A program made the position numbers and the translations under genes. From contig OZ024761.1 in NCBI GenBank assembly GCA_964016885.1, forward strand, positions 13,020,001 through 13,084,000: 64,000 nt of DNA, read 5' to 3'. The stretch is from Eledone cirrhosa. Lineage: Eukaryota. Position 1 is the stretch's first letter; each line of letters opens with the position of its first letter. Positions 1 through 13,239 of the stretch are shown piece after piece. The notes beneath the pieces were generated by a model. It was given only the letters and a program-made list of their open reading frames with translations. It made no database searches and was not told the DNA's origin.

Positions 1-29
1 GAGGATGTAATAAAAAAATAACAATGAAA

Positions 30-65
<36 letters not shown>

Positions 66-309
66 GACCAACAACAACAACGACAATAATGGTAATGATA
101 AAAATAACAATAATGGTTTCTCATTTTGACTGAATTTACAATTGAGAACAATTGAGATGACTCAACATGAGGAGGAGAAAGAGGAGGAGGTGTTAAGAAA
201 GAGGAAGAAAACTGGCTGCAGGGGGAGGTGGAATTGTGTTAATGTATTAATAGTATTATATCTCTGATGTCTGGGTTATTTATTAACTCTGCCAGTAGTA
301 TTAATAAGT

Positions 310-1262
310 TAATTATAACATGGCACTGTTGTCTAGGTTAATAAATTTATTATAACATGGCACTGTTCATCATCATCATCATCATTTTACGTCCGCTTTT
401 CCCTGCTTGCAAGGGTGGGGCGGGACCTATTCTCCATTTGTCACAGTCCCGCGTCATCTCCTATGTGAGCTTCAGAGATCTGAGGTCCACTCTCACCACC
501 GCCGCCCATGTTTTTCGTGCGTCTTCCTTCAACTGGCATTTCCTGGCACTTCTTTACCCAGCGGTCATCCTCCATGTGCATCACATGTCCATACCATTGC
601 AGTCTCCTCTCCCGCACACCACAATTTATCCCTCTCAAACACAGTTTCTCTCTCAACTCGTCCATGCTTGGTCGTTCACACACATTGACATTGCACATCC
701 AATGGAGCATACTTGCCTCATTTCTCTCCAGCCGTCGCATATCCTCTGCAGTTGCTGCCCATGTCTCACTACCATGCATTATCGCGCATCTCACACAGGC
801 ATCATATAACCGGCCTTTCATTCGCAGGGAGAAACCCTTCGTTGACAACCGAGGAAGCAGCTCCCTAAACTTCTTCCAACAGTGTTATTATCTAGGTTAA
901 TAAATTTATTATAACATAGCACTGTTATCTAGGTTAATAAATTTATTATAACATAGCACTATTATCTAGGTTAATAAATTTATTATAACATAGCACTGTT
1001 ATCTAGGTTAATAAATTTATTATAACATAGCACTGTTATCTAGGTTAGTAAATTTATTATAACATAGCACTGTTATCTAGGTTAATAAATTTATTATAAC
1101 ATAGCACTGTTATCGAGGTTAATAAATTGAGAAGGTCCAGTGGGCACTGAAGCCTAAGGGGAGTAATGGGAGTTTATGACATAGCACTATTATCTAGGCC
1201 AGAGGTTCTCAAAGTAAACGCTACGAGATCCTCTGATCTAGTTTAATAAATTTATTATAACA
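310..1262. repeat. 37-bp tandem repeat (taaatttattataacatagcactgttatctaggttaa), interrupted by the LINE
   Basis: Units visible on both sides of 369-880. Confidence 0.85.
369..880 (-). mobile_element. 5'-truncated RTE-type LINE: post-RT C-terminus, 3' UTR and (ATG)n tail
   Basis: ORF 441-848 reads LYDACVR...HGSETWA...RRLQWYGHV.HMED, typical of the RTE ORF C-terminus. The (CAT)n tail is at 369-383 on +. Confidence 0.85.
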
Positions 1263-1429
1263 GAACTATATATATATGGAACACATCTAGATGTCATGGA
1301 ACACATCCAGATGTCATGGTACACATTTAGATGTATACTATATCTCCTCTAAACACAGATATTCCAGGAACATAATGCATTCAGATATCTGGTATCTCTT
1401 CTGCAAACACATGTCCCAGAACAGATCCA

Positions 1430-1880
1430 GAAAACACTTAGTCTACATCAAAACATCTGGGATATCTGCTGTAAATATAGATGTCTTAGACCATATCAAC
1501 ACATCTAGATATCACCTGTAAATACAGATGTCTTAGACCACACCAAAACATCTTGGATATCTGTTATAAATACAGATGTCTTAGACCACATCAAAACATC
1601 TGTGATATCTGCTGTAAATACAGATGTCTTAGACCACATCAAAACATCTGGTATATCTGCTCTAAAACATATCTCTTAGACCACATTAAAACATCTGGAA
1701 TATCTGCTGTAAATACAGATCTTTTAGACCATATCAAAACATTTGGAATATCTGCTGTAAATACAGATCTCTTAGACCATATCAACACATTTAGATATCA
1801 CCTGTAAATACAGATCTCTTAGACCACATCAAAACATCTGGAATATCTGCTCTATATACAGATGTCTTAGACCATATCTA
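1430..1880. repeat. Degenerate minisatellite (aaacatctggaatatctgctgtaaatacagatgtcttagaccacatc-like)
   Basis: About 9 imperfect tandem units. Confidence 0.8.
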
Positions 1881-2389
1881 GAACACAGCAGCCAACCATT
1901 GCACTAATTAGCAATGGGTTATTCATAAACATACTTCAATCACAACTTCAGAAAACATCTGGTTTCCTCTCTTTGATTCTACTTCCGCTATTGCAGTGGC
2001 TTCTCCTTTAATTAGTTGTCTATCCCCTCCACCCATCTCTCTCCTCTCCCATCATCCTCACTATGTTTCAACTCCACTACCCTCCTTCCAAACACATCAT
2101 CTCAGTTGGCGCCAAGAAGTTCATTAAAAGCATTAATTACATATTCACTTTTAACCATAAATTGTAACCAGTCACATCTGTTCATTGAGGACTAACCATA
2201 GATGTTGTACCTTCCTGACACTGAATGAATAACTAAAGAAACTAACTTTACATTTCATGGCAAATCAGAAATGTTGATTTAAGTGTGTTGTGCCCTTAAG
2301 CAAGACACTTTATTTCACGTTGCTCCAGTTCACTCAGCTGTAGAAATGAGTTGCAATGTTATGGTACTACATCATGATGCTACAGAAAT

Positions 2390-2870
2390 GTGGTTAGAAT
2401 GTCTGAGGAAAGAATCGCTGAACAGATTTGTAGTTCGGAGATCAGAATCACTCCAGGTAGAGCTGCTACTTCTCCAAATAGAGAGATCACAGCTCTGATA
2501 CTATGGACATATGGTTAGAATGTCTCAGGAAAGAATCACTGGACAGATTTGTAGCTCAGAGATCAGAGTCACTTTAGGTAGAGCTGCTATTTCTCCAAAT
2601 TGAGAGATCACAACTCTGATACTATGGACTTGTGGTTAGAATGTCTCAGGAATGAATTGCTGGATAGATTTTATGGGCAAAACTAACCAGCAGGAGACCC
2701 AAGGGTAGACTCCGAGCAAGATGGTTGGATGACAACCATGAGCTTAGCTGGTCTCACTTGGGGATCAAGCTGGATCAGTCGGAGACGGTTGCTTCAGACA
2801 GGACCAGCTGGAAAGGGTGTTTGAGGACTCTGCTACTCACAGCCCTCTCAGGAATAAGTGGGCGAAGAAG
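2390..2870 (+). mobile_element. Decayed RTE-like LINE 3' fragment with internal ~120-bp tandem duplication
   Basis: Translates LLLQIERSQL*YYGHMVRM...RPKGR.RARWLD; a reverse-oriented relative lies at 16010-16570. Confidence 0.7.
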
Positions 2871-2879
2871 AAGAAAATG

Positions 2880-3195
2880 CTGCATTAGCATTTAATGTTT
2901 CGTGGAAACAGAAACTAACGAGTAGAGAATTGTATCAGCAGCTTCTATTAGTAACAGAAAAGATAAGGCAGAGGCGAATGAAACTTGCAGGTCACTTTGT
3001 TGATGACTGTGAGGAGATAACAAGTGATTTTGTTTTGTGGGAACCAACAGTTAGATACAGAATCAGGGGTAGAAGAAGGAGATGGAGAAGAAATTACATT
3101 GATAGCCTACAGGAAGATACTAGAGTGGATAGTGTGGGAGAGCTTAGAATGTTGATGATGGATAGAGATCTTTCGAGGGCAGGAGGGCTCGTGTA
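2880..3195 (+). mobile_element. Decayed LINE ORF C-terminal fragment
   Basis: ALAFNVSWKQK...KIRQRRMKLAGH...VLWEP...RGRRR...YIDSL pattern of non-LTR ORF ends. Confidence 0.75.
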
Positions 3196-3679
3196 ATGAC
3201 AGATGAGTGACCTCGTAGTAGCCATAGGTAGATATCAAATTGCTGGCCTTGTGACTAAAGCAGAAACAATTATCAAATCCTTCCAAATTCTTGATTATTT
3301 TCAAAATGCTTTGAAACTCACAGGAACCATTAGTAGATGGTTATGAAAGAGTTACTATTTAGGTCAGTACCATTCTTCTCTGCCAGGATGGTGTGTGTAT
3401 GTACTCTATCTGGTGAGCAATCTAAAGGTAGTAAATAAATTAGTGCCAAAGTTAGCAGTACTGCTGCGGTGGGGTATAATTGCTTTGCACCGATATATTT
3501 CGGTAAACATAATGACAAGTAAACAGTCCTACTATTAGTGGTAATATGGAGAGGGGGGAGGGGGGTAAAGGTTGGGGAGCTGGTGGGGTGGCGTGGATGG
3601 GGGTAGGTTGAGAGAGAGTGGTGGGTGATTGTTGTAAAGTTATTAAAGAGCAAGTCTGTGTGGGTGTCTACATACACAT

Positions 3680-3794
3680 GCATGTGTGTATTTATGAGTA
3701 TATATATATATATGTATATATATGTATATACATGTGTATGTATATACGTGTGTATGTATATATGTGTATGTATATATGTGTATGTATATATGTG

Positions 3795-3833
<39 letters not shown>

Positions 3834-4020
3834 ATATGTGTATATATATATATATATGTATGTATATATGTGTATATATATATATATATGTATGTATATA
3901 TGTATATATATATATGTATGTATATATATATGTATATATATATATATATATGTATGTATATATGTATATATATATGTATATATATATGTATATATATATA
4001 TATATATGTATGTATATATG

Positions 4021-4051
<31 letters not shown>

Positions 4052-4110
4052 ATATGTGTATATATATATGTATATATATATGTATGTATATATATGAATG
4101 TATATATATA
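3680..4110. repeat. (TA)n/(TATG)n microsatellite
   Basis: Direct reading. Similar tracts at 4836-5012, 15030-15730, 31975-32330, 36540-36700, 54303-54800, 55345-55688 and 63305-64000. Confidence 0.95.
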
Positions 4111-4209
4111 AATGTGTATAGTGGGTTAGCTTGGATCTAGCTATTGAAACGGCCAGAGCTCAGCTGTCGGGGTTCTTAATCTTATATGTCGGGGTTCTTA
4201 ATCTATATG

Positions 4210-4247
<38 letters not shown>

Positions 4248-4310
4248 CATATATACATATATATATTAATTCAAAATATTAATAAATATAGACATTCATG
4301 TGATCAAATA

Positions 4311-4376
4311 TATTTTATTATATATATTTCAGAGGTACTGTGCTGTTTCATCAGTACGTCCTCATCAGATAAAATA
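4311..4376 (-). ncRNA. Minimal type I hammerhead ribozyme motif (family A)
   Basis: Minus strand: TATTTTAT-CTGATGA-GGAC GTACTG..CAGTAC CTCT-GAAA-T ATAT A-TA/ATAAAATA. Has an 8-bp stem I, a long stem II, a 2-bp stem III with palindromic ATAT loop and an AUA site. Confidence 0.72.
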
Positions 4377-4495
4377 AATTGATGTCTGACATACCTCAAC
4401 TGTGCTGATGGTTCAATTCCAGTCTTGGAAGTGATTAGTTATGACAAAACTCAATATTTATATGCCATTATATACCATATATACATATATATATA

Positions 4496-4833
4496 TCATC
4501 ATCATCATCATCATTTTACGTCCACTTTTCCCTGCTTGCAAGGGTGGGACGGGAACTGACCCTGGCTTGATTTCTACAGCTGGATGCCCTTCCTAACACC
4601 AACCTCATTTACAGTGAGTGCTGGGTGTTTTTTTGCCGTGGCACCTCCACGACCACTTTGCAGTGGAATGATAGGGACCCAGTCCCTATCATCTCATTTC
4701 TACAGCTGAGTAAACTGGAGCAATGTGAAATAAAGTGTCTTGCTCAAGGAAACAACACATCACCCGGTCTGAGAATTGAACTCACAACCTTTCAATTGCA
4801 AGCCCAATGCTCTAACCACTAAGCCATGTGCCT

Positions 4834-4836
<3 letters not shown>
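4496..4836 (-). mobile_element. tRNA-head CORE-type SINE with RTE-like tail and (ATG)n end
   Basis: A/B boxes (tggcttagtgg, gagttcaattc), CORE-like ccttgagcaagacactt...cagtttactcagctgtagaaatg; near-identical copy at 38642-38993. Confidence 0.88.
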
Positions 4837-4897
<61 letters not shown>

Positions 4898-4950
4898 TTA
4901 TATATATATATATACTTATATATATATATATACTTATATATATATATATA

Positions 4951-5012
<62 letters not shown>

Positions 5013-5016
<4 letters not shown>

Positions 5017-5130
5017 AGGCGTGTGGCTGGGTGGTTAGAGAATTGGATTCGCAATTGTGAGGTTGTGAGTTCGATCCCTGGATCAGGCAATGCGTTATGT
5101 CCTTCAGCAAGACACTTTATTTCATGCTGC
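5013..5130 (+). mobile_element. Truncated CORE-type SINE head
   Basis: gtggctgggtggttag...gagttcgatccc followed by ccttcagcaagacactttatttca. Confidence 0.7.
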
Positions 5131-5321
5131 TCCTTCTACCTGGAGTTGCAACCAATAGATACCATTAGCAATTGGAAAAACCAATGGAAACATTGTTTCC
5201 TCGGGCTGATTTGATTAGCTCCACCCAACTCGTTAAGCAAATGAGATTTGGGATCTTGTTGATCGACTTTTCTTCTACTTATATATATATATATATATAT
5301 ATCTTTCTCTGTTGTTGTCAG

Positions 5322-5474
5322 GCGCTGGTTTGCCATTCAAGATAATCAGTTGGTTTATCGGAAACGATCCAAAGACAGTCAGACTATCATGGAAGAAGAC
5401 CTACGTTTGTGTACTGTAAAACCTGTGTACGAGATTGACAGGCGTTTCTGCTTCGAAGTTGTCTCCCCTGCAAG
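5322..5474 (+). CDS. ACAP: ACAP/centaurin-beta exon, PH domain (RWFAIQDNQLVYRKRSKDSQTIMEEDLRLCTVKPVYEIDRRFCFEVVSPA)
   Basis: cag acceptor at 5319-5321 and gtcagt donor at 5475. The peptide matches the ACAP PH-domain pattern as recalled (RRWF.IQ.NQLVY...EDLRLCTVK....ERRFCFEVVSP). First exon visible in the window; the gene is 5'-partial. Confidence 0.95.
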
Positions 5475-5564
5475 GTCAGTGTTTCTCCCTTTTTCCTTCC
5501 TTCCTTCCTACTCCTCTCCACCGCCACCACCACATCATGAAGGTGTCTGTAGAGGAGAGATCAC

Positions 5565-7145
5565 CCAACACCACCACTAGCTGTACTACCACTAACAATA
5601 CCAACACCACCACCAACAACAACAACAACACCACCACCACCACCACTAGCCGCACTACCACTAACAACAGCACCACCACCAACAATACCAACAACAACAC
5701 CTCCACCAACACCTCCACCAACACTAACACCACCGACACCAACACCACCACCACCAACATCAACACCACCAACACCACCACCACCAACACTAACACCACG
5801 ACCACCACCACCAACACCACCACCACCAACACCACCACCACCACCACCACCACCACCACCAACACTAACACCACCAACGCTAACACCACCACCAACACTA
5901 ACACCACCAACACCACCACCAACGCCACCACCAACACCAACGCCACCAACACCACCACCACCACCAACACCACCACCACCATCAACACCACCATCACCAA
6001 TGCCACCAACACCACCACCAACACCACCACCACCAACACCACCATCACCAATGCCACCAACACCACCACCAACACCAACACCACCAACACCACCACCACC
6101 ACCACCACCACCACCACCACCACCACCACCACCACCACCACCAACACCACCACCAACACCACCATCACCAACGCCACAACACCAACACCAACACCACCAT
6201 CACCAACGCCACCACCACCACCACCAACACCACCATCACCACCACCACCAACACCACCACCACCAACACCACCGCCACCACCACCACCACCACCACCAAC
6301 ACCACCACCACCAACACCACCACCAACACCACCACCACCAACACCACCACCAACACCACCACCACCAACACCACCAACACTAACAACACCAGACAGAAAA
6401 TTAAGAGAACACAGATGGTTCTATTAAATATTTATCTCAATTGGGACATAGTGTGGTGGTGGTGGTGGTGGTGGTGGGGATATAGAGGTGGGTGTTGGGT
6501 TACCATATATGGTGGTGGTGGTGGTTGTAGTACACAGCACACTATACCATACCATACCATACCACACCACATCAGACTACACTATATCACATCACACCAC
6601 ACCACACCACACTATACTATACTACACCACACCACACCATACTATACTACACCATACCACACCACACTACACTATACTACACCACACCATACCACACCAC
6701 ACCACACTACACTATACTACACACTATACTACACCACACTACACCACACCATACTACACCACACCACACCACACCACACCACACCACACCATACCACACC
6801 ACACCACACCACACCACACCACACCACACCACACCACACCACACCACACCACACCACACCACACCACACCACACCACACCACACCACACTATACTACACG
6901 ACACGACACCACACCACACCACACCACACTACACTACACTACACGACACTATACTACACGACACTATACTACACGACACCACACTACACCACACCACACC
7001 ACACCACACCACACCACACCACACCACACCACACCACACCACACCACACCACACCACACTACACTACACTACACTACACTATACTACACGACACCACACT
7101 ACACCACACCACACGACACTATACTACACTATACTACACCACACC
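5565..7145. repeat. (CAC/CAA)n tract (5565-6390) followed by (CACAC/CACTA)n pentamer tract (6535-7145)
   Basis: Direct reading. Confidence 0.95.
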
Positions 7146-7188
7146 TCAGCTAATGTAGTAGTTCTAATAAACTCTATTGCTGTTTCAG

Positions 7189-7297
7189 GAACCATATACT
7201 CCAAGCGGACTCTGAACTTCTCTGTCAGAAATGGATCAGTGCAATTCAGGCCGGTGTTTCTAAAGCCTACAGTTCTGAGAGTAACCAAACTGATGAG
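7189..7297 (+). CDS. ACAP: ACAP exon, end of PH domain (NHILQADSELLCQKWISAIQAGVSKAYSSESNQTDE)
   Basis: tttcag acceptor and gtgagc donor; phase 2 in, phase 0 out. Contains the LQADSE...W PH C-terminal helix. Absent from the ORF track. Confidence 0.93.
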
Positions 7298-7479
7298 GTG
7301 AGCACCATTTGTTGTTGTTGACAGTGTTGTAGTTGTTGTTTTAGACCACAGGTTCTCAAACATTGGGGGCCACTGCCCCCCTCCTTCACAGCCACATAAT
7401 ATCCTCAGCACTACCCCAACCCTATTTCCAGCGAGACCTGTCAACATGCAAATTGTAAATAATATATAATAAATAAAAT

Positions 7480-8260
7480 CATTAATTTATATATAATAAA
7501 TAATATAATATATACTTTGTATAAATATATATTATATATTTTATATTTTACTATATTTATATATAATAAATAATATAATATATACTATGTATAAATAAAT
7601 ATATATATTTTATATTGTACTATATTTATATATAATAAATAATATAAGATATACTATGTATAAATAAATATATATATTTTATATTTTAGTATATTTATAT
7701 ATAATAAATAATATAATATATACTATGTATAATATATATTATATATTTTATATTGTACTATATTTGTATATAATAAATAATATAATATATACTATGTATA
7801 AATAAATATTATATATTTTATATTGTACTATATTTATATATAATAATATAATATAATATATACTATGTATAAATATATATTATATATTTTATATTGTACT
7901 ATATTTATATATAATAAATAATATAATATATACTATGTATAAATATATATTATATATTTTATATTGTACTATATTTATATATAATAAATAATATAATATA
8001 TACTATGTATAAATAAATATTATATATTTTATATTGTACTATATATATAATAAATAATATAATATATACTATGTATAAATAAATATTACATATTTTATAT
8101 TTTACTATATTTGTATATAATAAATAATATAATATATACTATGTATAAATATATATTATATATTTTATATTTTACTATATATATAATAAATAATATAATA
8201 TATACTATGTATAAATAAATATTATATATTTTATATTTTACTATATTTATATATAATATG
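7480..8260. repeat. AT-rich ~66-68-bp minisatellite
   Basis: Recurring atataataaataatataatatatactatgtataaat...attgtact unit. Confidence 0.9.
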
Positions 8261-8278
8261 TATTATTTGATATTATAT

Positions 8279-8640
8279 GGGGGTGGTGAATTGGCAGTAT
8301 CGGTAGAGGGTTGGACGCCATGTTTTATAGCATAGTTACGTCCCTTTACAGTCTGAGTTCAAATCCCGCCGAGGTTAACTTTGTCTTTCATCCTTGCGGG
8401 GTCGATAAAATAAAGTACCAGTAATGTACTGGGTAATTGCTGGCCTTGTGCCAAAATTAGAAACAATTATTATTTATTTCAAACTTTACCTTTCATCCTT
8501 ACGGGGTCAATATAAAATAAAGTACCAGTAATGTACCGGGTAATTGCTGGCCTTGTGCCTAAAGTAGAAACAATTATTATTGGGCGGTGAATTATCGGTA
8601 GAGGGTCGGACACCGTGTTTTCAAACCTAGTTACGTCCAT
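8279..8640 (+). mobile_element. Second tRNA-head SINE family with (ATT)n tail: one full copy plus tandem partial copies
   Basis: tggcagtatcggtagag...gagttcaaatcccgccgaggttaactttg..tttcatcctt.cggggtcgataaaataaagtaccag...aattgctggccttgtgcc. Other copies at about 10565-10730(-), 16595-17133(+), 33240-33690(-, two), 47915-48115(+), 55170-55330(+) and 56277-56457(+). Confidence 0.85.
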
Positions 8641-8733
8641 TTATTGTTATTTTTATTTTATTTTTTGTGTTATTGACCAAATTTTCTCTTTCCCTTCACC
8701 TCTCTGTGAATGTGTCCGTCTGTTTGTCCCCAG

Positions 8734-8849
8734 AAAAATGAAAACTATGGAATTAGTGGCGGTGGCAGCAATGCTCCTGATAATGTTGGTGACTCTAACT
8801 CAAGTTCACCTTCAACACAGCCTTCAAAACAACAAAGCAAGTCCCACTT
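8734..8849 (+). CDS. ACAP: ACAP exon, low-complexity PH-ArfGAP linker (KNENYGISGGGSNAPDNVGDSNSSSPSTQPSKQQSKSH)
   Basis: cccag acceptor and gtaagt donor. Open frame, phase 0 in and phase 2 out, which exactly bridges the flanking exons. Confidence 0.82.
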
Positions 8850-8989
8850 GTAAGTATACATTACTCACACTCAGTTATATCTCACTCACACTCACAGTTA
8901 CACTCCACTGTTGTACAAACGGGAATGGAGATACTCACAAGCCCTCTATGCCCACCAGTTGTCAGAGTGGACTATGGACTGGATCCCAT

Positions 8990-9530
8990 TCGGAGTTAGG
9001 ATTAACCTCTTGAACTCATGAAACTTAGTCTTGAAGATAGGTGTCAGGGGGTGGTGCAAGTTTATACACCAAACAAGGAGTTCAGATACAGATCTTCCCT
9101 TGATGAAGTCACTGCAGCATTAGATGTTGCTAAGACTGAGTCATATATCCTGATGGGAGACCTCAATACACATGTTGGCACTGATGACCTGACATGGAAA
9201 GGAATGATTGGAAGGAATGGTGACTCCGATCTAGATACAAATGGAGAGGCCTTATTAGACTTCTGCCTTAACAATGGGCTCTCTATTATGAACACCTTCT
9301 TCCAGCTCAGAGACATCCATAAATATACATGGTATAAGGGGAATCAAGGACAGAGATTTTGTTATTGCCTCTGATCTCTTCAATTCTGTGCTGGATGTAC
9401 GTGTTAAGAGATGGGCTGAGCTGTCAACTGGTCACCATCTAGTTAACCGCAGACTACCTAAAGCCAAGGAAGCCCACAAAACTGGCAGGTCTAGGGTTAC
9501 CTACAGGACAAAGTGGGAAGCATTGGTGGA
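8990..9530 (+). mobile_element. Decayed LINE apurinic-endonuclease (APE) fragment, RTE-like
   Basis: VVQVYTP...ILMGDLNTHVG...NGEALLDFC..NGLSIMNTFF...HKYTWY and LSTGHHLV (SDH-like) motifs, frameshifted. Confidence 0.85.
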
Positions 9531-10811
9531 TATATATAATTCTCTACATACTTTGCCTCATTATGGGGACAGTCTAACCCATGCAAGCATGGAAGAATAG
9601 ATGTTAAACAGTGATGATGATGATGATGATATCAGTGACCACAGGATTTATACATATTGGTGGAGGAAGAGAACAGCATCCAGAATATATTTTTTTACCC
9701 CGTTTGTAAAATAAGTTGGATTACTTTGAATAAATAATGAATGAATTTATCTACTAAATTTTGTGGCTGCTGATTAAATATATTTTATAGCTTATTTAAA
9801 GATTCACTTCTTTAAAATTGTCAAATGTCAACACTTCCGGTTAGCGGCCATATGCACTGGGTAATTGCTGGCCTTGTGCCTAAAGTAGAAACAGTTATAT
9901 TATAACACGTATAATCACATATATTTCCGTCGCTAATTTTCTCCTAATGCAGTTTATATATAATAATAATAATAATGAAATTATTGTGTACAGTGCTCAG
10001 GTGCACTACAACTCATCAAAGGTGCATGTATAGTACATAGAATAATGTACAAATGTCAGGAAAATGAACAGTGCATGAGTCATGATATAATAATAATAAT
10101 GAAATATTGTGTACAGTGCCCAGGTGCACCACAACTCATCAAAAAGTGCATGTACAGTACATAGGGCAATGCACAAACATCAGTAAAATGAACAGTGCAC
10201 GAGTCATGATACACACGTGTGCATGTGTATGGAAGGGGTACATCAGGTGTATATAATATCGTCTTCTTTTATATGTATCATGGATTACTTTACTGATTAC
10301 AGAAGACAGTGTAACGCAGTCTCGTTCAATTTCTGTGTATATTGTCAATTACGATTTTATTTACATGTATATATATTTGTGTATAATATCAATATACACA
10401 CTACACATGCTAGCAGAAAACCACCCGAAGAGTGGGTTTTCTGCTAGTGGTGATAATAGAGTTATGGGGCGCTGTATTGACATGTGTGTTTCTTGAGCAC
10501 TTTAAGCCTGGTGGAGCCCTTCCCTCTCCAGGCCTGAGTAGAGCAGATTTCTTCCAGAGAGAGGAAGAATTGACCCCAGTATTAGACTGGTACTGTTTTT
10601 TATCGACCTCAAAATGATAAAAGTCAAAGTTGACCTTGGTGGGATTCGAACTCAGGAAGCAGAAAGCCAGAATGAATACCATAAAGCTTTCTATCCGACG
10701 TTCTAACGACTCTGCCAATTTGCTGCCTTGATAATGAAGGATAATGGCGGACATTTTAGTAAATTTCTTATTAACTTATTCTCTTTGTCTCTCTCTCTCT
10801 CTCTTTTTTCC

Positions 10812-11017
10812 CACTACACCATCACTACACCATCACCACCACCACCACCACCACCACCATCACCACCACCACCACCATCACCACCACCATCACCACCATC
10901 ATCACCACCATCATCACCACCACCATCACCACCACCACCACCATCACCACCACCACCATCACCACCATCACCACCACCACCACCACCACCACCACCACCA
11001 CCATCACCACCACCATC

Positions 11018-11048
<31 letters not shown>

Positions 11049-11528
11049 CCACCACCATCATCACCACCACCATCACCACCATCATCACCACCATCATCAT
11101 CATCATCATCATCATCACCATCACCACCATTATCATCACCACCATTGCACCACCATCACCACCACCATCACCACTACCACTACCACACCACCACCACCAC
11201 CACTACACTACCATCACCATTATCACCACCATCACCACCACTCTCACCACTACCAACACCACCACCACTACACCACCACCACCACTACACCACCACTACC
11301 ACTACACCACCATCACCACCACCACCTCCATCATCACCACCACCACCATCACCACGATCATCACCACCACCACCACCACCACCACCACTACACCAACACC
11401 ACCACCACCACCAACATCACCACCATCACCACCACCATCACCATCACCACCATCACCACCACGATCATCATCACCAACACCACCACCACCACCACCACCA
11501 CACCACCACCACCAACACCACCACCACT
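10812..11528. repeat. (CAC/CAT)n trinucleotide tract ending ~20 nt before the ArfGAP exon
   Basis: Direct reading. Confidence 0.95.
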
Positions 11529-11550
11529 GCTGCCATCTTTCTCACACAAG

Positions 11551-11676
11551 ACGTATGAATCAACTGCTCTCCATCCCTGGAAATGACCGTTGCTGTGACT
11601 GTAATTCTCCCGACCCACGCTGGGCTAGTATCAACCTTGGTATCACACTCTGTATAGAATGTTCTGGAATACACAG
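11551..11676 (+). CDS. ACAP: ACAP exon, ArfGAP zinc finger ([42 protein letters not shown])
   Basis: CxxC-x16-CxxC-x4-R ArfGAP signature; aag acceptor and gtaggt donor. Confidence 0.96.
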
Positions 11677-11844
11677 GTAGGTTGAAATACTTTCAACTGT
11701 TCTTTTAATTATCAGTTTAACTTTTATGTGCATTCACCTTCTCGTTAACATATTTCTTATTTGTGGTGTGATGTATGTCCTCTAGTTTTTTGAATAGACA
11801 CACCACCTCAACATCCTGTCACAGTTTTACTATTGTGACAAGTT

Positions 11845-13092
11845 TTAACGCTTTAGCATTCACATTACTCTATATATGCTATTGTATTTTCATGGTAAAG
11901 TCTTTATCTCACATAAATATCTCACATAACATTTACATTACTCTATATATACTATTATATTTTCATGGTAAAGTCTTTATCTCACATAAATATCTCGCAT
12001 AACATTCACATTACTCTATATATACTATTATATTTTCATGGTAAAGTCTTTATCTCACATAAATATCTCACATAGCATTCACATTACTCTATATATACTA
12101 TTGTATTTTCATGGTAAAGTCTTTATCTCACATAAATATCTCACATAACATTTACATTACTCTATATATACTATTGTATTTTCATGGTAAAGTCTTTATC
12201 TCACATAAATATCTCGCATAACATTCACATTACTCTATATATACTATTATATTTTCATGGTAAAGTCTTTATCTCACATAAATATCTCACATAACATTCA
12301 CATTACTCTATATATACTATTGTATTTTCATGGTAAAGTCTTTATCTCACATAAATATCTCACATAACATTCACATTACTCTATATATACTATTGTATTT
12401 TCATGGTAAAGTCTTTATCTCACATAAATATCTCACATAACATTCACATTACTCTATATATACTATTGTATTTTCATGGTAAAGTCTTTATCTCACATAA
12501 TATCTCACATAACATTTACATTACTCTATATATACTATTGTATTTTCATGGTAAAGTCTTTATCTCACATAAATATCTCACATAACATTCACATTACTCT
12601 ATATATACTATTGTATTTTCATGGTAAAGTCTTTATCTCACATAATATCTCACATAACATTCACATTACTCTATATATACTATTATATTTTCATGGTAAA
12701 GTCTTTATCTCACATAAATATCTCACATAACATTTACATTGCTCTATATATACTATTATATTTTCATGGTAAAGTCTTTATCTCACATAACATTCACATT
12801 ACACTATATACTATTATATTTTCATGGTAAAGTCTTTATCTCACATAATATCTCACATAACATTCACATTACTCTATATATACTATTATATTTTCATGGT
12901 AAAGTCTTTATCTCACATAAATATCTCACATAATATCGAATCTATAAGATTTTGATATTATTTATTTTGATATTATTTATTTTGAGAACAATACCTAAAC
13001 CTCGTCATAAGTGGCCAGTTACGGCAGGTTTGATGATAAATAGGTGAGAGAATTCTGGCTGGATATGGCTGGTTTAAGTGCTAAAGAGTTAA
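11845..13092 (-). mobile_element. piggyBac-type MITE with internal ~73-bp tandem expansion (~15 units)
   Basis: TTAA-cgctttagca ... tgctaaagag-TTAA ends; reverse complement of the 17533-17748 element. Confidence 0.8.
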
Positions 13093-13239
13093 GAAACTGT
13101 TGTTGGCAAAAGACTGTTCAGTTGTATCAAAGACATGTCAACCTCCCTAGTGCTGGTCCCATGATAAAATGCATAAAATAACCTGCTGCACTCTAGTGTG
13201 TGGGAACAAATGTATGATGTGAATCCCAATATTTTATTG

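Noticed and set aside
1-5320. Upstream ACAP exons (BAR domain, start of PH)
   Set aside because: No EGYLFKR-like peptide with splice sites found by eye; probably upstream of the window.
5435-7158. Mucin/extensin-like Thr-, Pro- and His-rich ORFs (also 10728-11586)
   Set aside because: (CAC)n-type microsatellites inside ACAP introns; the true exon boundaries exclude them.
8615-9013. ORF resembling a secreted peptide (hydrophobic MELVAVAAMLLIML)
   Set aside because: Alternative frame over the ACAP linker exon 8734-8849, whose phases fit the gene.
10409-10447. Small hairpin with ccgaaga loop as a hammerhead
   Set aside because: No stem II or GAAA partner; only a short inverted repeat.
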